DNA from: Azolla caroliniana
Lineage: Eukaryota; Plantae; Polypodiophyta
Assembly (NCBI GenBank): GCA_043228905.1
Contig: JBHGNT010000004.1
Coordinates: 21,390,001 to 21,454,000, forward strand
DNA: 64,000 bases
Reading direction: 5' to 3'
In this document: positions 62,184-64,000 of the stretch, piece after piece
Numbering within the stretch: the stretch's first letter is position 1
Layout of the letters: every line of letters starts with the position of its first letter
The notes under the pieces: generated by a model
Seen by the model: the letters and a program-made list of their open reading frames with translations, nothing else
Databases searched by the model: none
What the model was told of the DNA's origin: nothing
Made by a program: the position numbers and the translations under genes

Positions 62184-64000
62184 AGGCTGGACCGGTTTTC
62201 TCCGTCCCAACTCAATTTGGCGCATGCCGGTGGATGCGCGGTTAGGTGGGGGCGGATGTCGTGAAGAAAACCGTCCACAAGCGGAATCGGTGCACAGGAG
62301 CGTCGGAACCGGCTCTTCTCGAATGTTGTCCATAGAAGATCCTAGGCGGGTAGATTTAGTGGGTAGGAAGTAAAGGGGAAACGGCTCCTTCCTTGCCTAT
62401 AAAAGGGAGGGAGACGAGAAGGGGGGGGGATCGCGGAGAGTCGAGGACGAAATGTTGTCGGTTTGCGTGCGAAGGCTTCTCTCTCTCTCTCTCTGGTTTG
62501 CAAACGCCATAGCTTCCTTCTGTGCAGGTTCGGGAGGCTCGCGTTGCTCTGAGGAATGCCCGAGTGCTTCCGGCAGCACCTCCAACCTACTCCTTCCTCT
62601 CTGTGCGTTTACGAGCAGGTATCAGCATCTGTTTGCCGGCCTGTTCGGTTGTAACCGACTTCGTGTTTTGTTGTCTTCGTGTTCTTGTTGTTTGTCTTTG
62701 TTAATACATACATACATTCGTGTCTTTCTGTGTCGCTGTTCCACTTGCGTCTTTGCGTCGAAGGGCCGTGTCCCTGTGGATCTACGCTCGCACGTAGAGG
62801 GTTTCTTCCCCTTCCTCTCTTGCTCTTTGGTACAGGACCCCCGAGGTTCCGCCTCATTCCACGCATCCGTGAGGAATGCCTCGACAACGTGAAACGTGAA
62901 TTTCTGCCCTAGCAGATAATTTCCGCCCTAGCAGATCATACCCAACGCCTCACGTTTCGTTGTGGAATAGTTACGCTCTTCCACGGCCTAGCGGAATCGT
63001 GGGACTAGTTGCAATAGCTTCTCCATGGTTAACGTTATCTCGCAGCCTATTAGTGCTTGCCATATGGGGTTCGGGGATGATCCCTCTTCCTCCAATAGCT
63101 CCACCGTGTTTGCGGACTCCTTCCGCATGCGCTCCATATTTGTCGCATTTGCTTTTTCAACCAATGCTTGGGTCGTCCGCTGTATCTCATCTTGCGCAGC
63201 CCAATCAACATTTTTTGTTTGCTGACGTGTCGTGAATTGTTGTACTTCCGCCGTAACTGTATTGACGGTGGGCCCCTTGCCCTTACGTACTGGGCATTGT
63301 GTGGCATAATGTCCGGGCTGTTGACAAACAAAACAATGTATTCTAGATTCGCCCTTCTCGACCCCTGGTGGTGTATGCTGATCCCCAGGTGTGACTTGCT
63401 TCTCCCGGTCCTAATTCGTTCATTAGAGCGTAAGCGGTAGTTGATGTTGGTCTCACCGTGGTTCCTGATGCCGGTCATCGTCTGAACTTTCGTCGTATCG
63501 CCGTTGGTCCTGATATTGACGATGCTTTTCGTGAGGCCCATTGAAGCCGCCACGTTTGTTCGTCGGACGGTAATTCTCATAGCGTCAGCCCCCTTTTGTA
63601 TTTCTGGGGTTGCCATGACAGTCTTCATCCTCCGGCTCGTCCTCCTCGGAATCGTTGTGATTCCGGAGATTCTGGTAGTGCCGGTCATTGTGTGGGTTTC
63701 GATCCATATACCGTGGTCGTTCTTCTTGCCGCCTTTGTTCATTACGGCGTGGGGGACGCTGTGTTTCCATGCTGCGTATAGTGGGCGTGGCTCTGTTCAA
63801 CATATTGTACTCGCACTACTCAACTGTGTGAGCTTTCGAGTGACAGATTGGATAGTGGATTCGCATGTTGCATTCAACTGCGGAATGCCCCGAATTCAAG
63901 CAAATCGTGCACTGGATCGCTTGACGAAAATGTCATTCCTCGTCCCGAGGTAACGCTTGTCGTAATGAGGACATGGAAAACCTTTCCTCTTCTTCTTCCA

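Larger units (their letters stand above)
55915..62886 (+). mobile_element. Element D: full-length 6972-bp Ty3/gypsy, LTRs 55915-56550 and 62257-62886, 4-bp TSD ACGT
   Basis: TGTCG..CGACA LTRs about 97% identical by eye; ACGT at 55911-55914 and 62887-62890; removal restores host KFTFHVDHSA; PPT aggtgggggcgga. Confidence 0.96.
45876..64000 (-). mobile_element. Element C: decayed relative of B (3' LTR 45876-46344, ORF2, IN/RH 54350-55914, gag from about 62980 to beyond window), interrupted by G and D
   Basis: IN and RH nearly colinear with B (RMPHQPVLPL, PQANGLAESTNKTLQ, HVDHSALLYL); gag LLQLVPRF; LTR TGTT..AACA. Confidence 0.9.

Overview
Land-plant nuclear DNA, probably a fern or other seed-free plant (inference from the TE families and gene style). 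Bases 1-24.6 kb are AT-rich and hold three spliced genes: a 5'-truncated SF3B3/RSE1/DDB1-like beta-propeller gene (+), an SDF2-like MIR-domain gene (-) with an ERSE motif upstream, and an aldo-keto reductase (-), plus small TE and organellar inserts. Bases 25-64 kb are a nested stack of seven LTR retrotransposons (labelled A-G) and one LINE. Main finding: two diverged non-chromovirus Ty3/gypsy elements (intact B, 27236-37110; decayed C, 45876 to beyond the window) have no polypurine tract next to the 3' LTR. In its place they carry a conserved sense copy of what looks like a tRNA-Arg 3' end (T-arm piece, small hairpin, then 17 nt ending in CCA), suggesting tRNA priming of both DNA strands. Both also encode a large non-Env extra ORF behind a splice-acceptor-like signal. 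A second gypsy family (D, A) has a tRNA-Trp PBS, a 4-bp TSD and a slippery site plus pseudoknot for -1 frameshifting between protease and RT. All family and tRNA assignments are from recalled motifs, not database searches.
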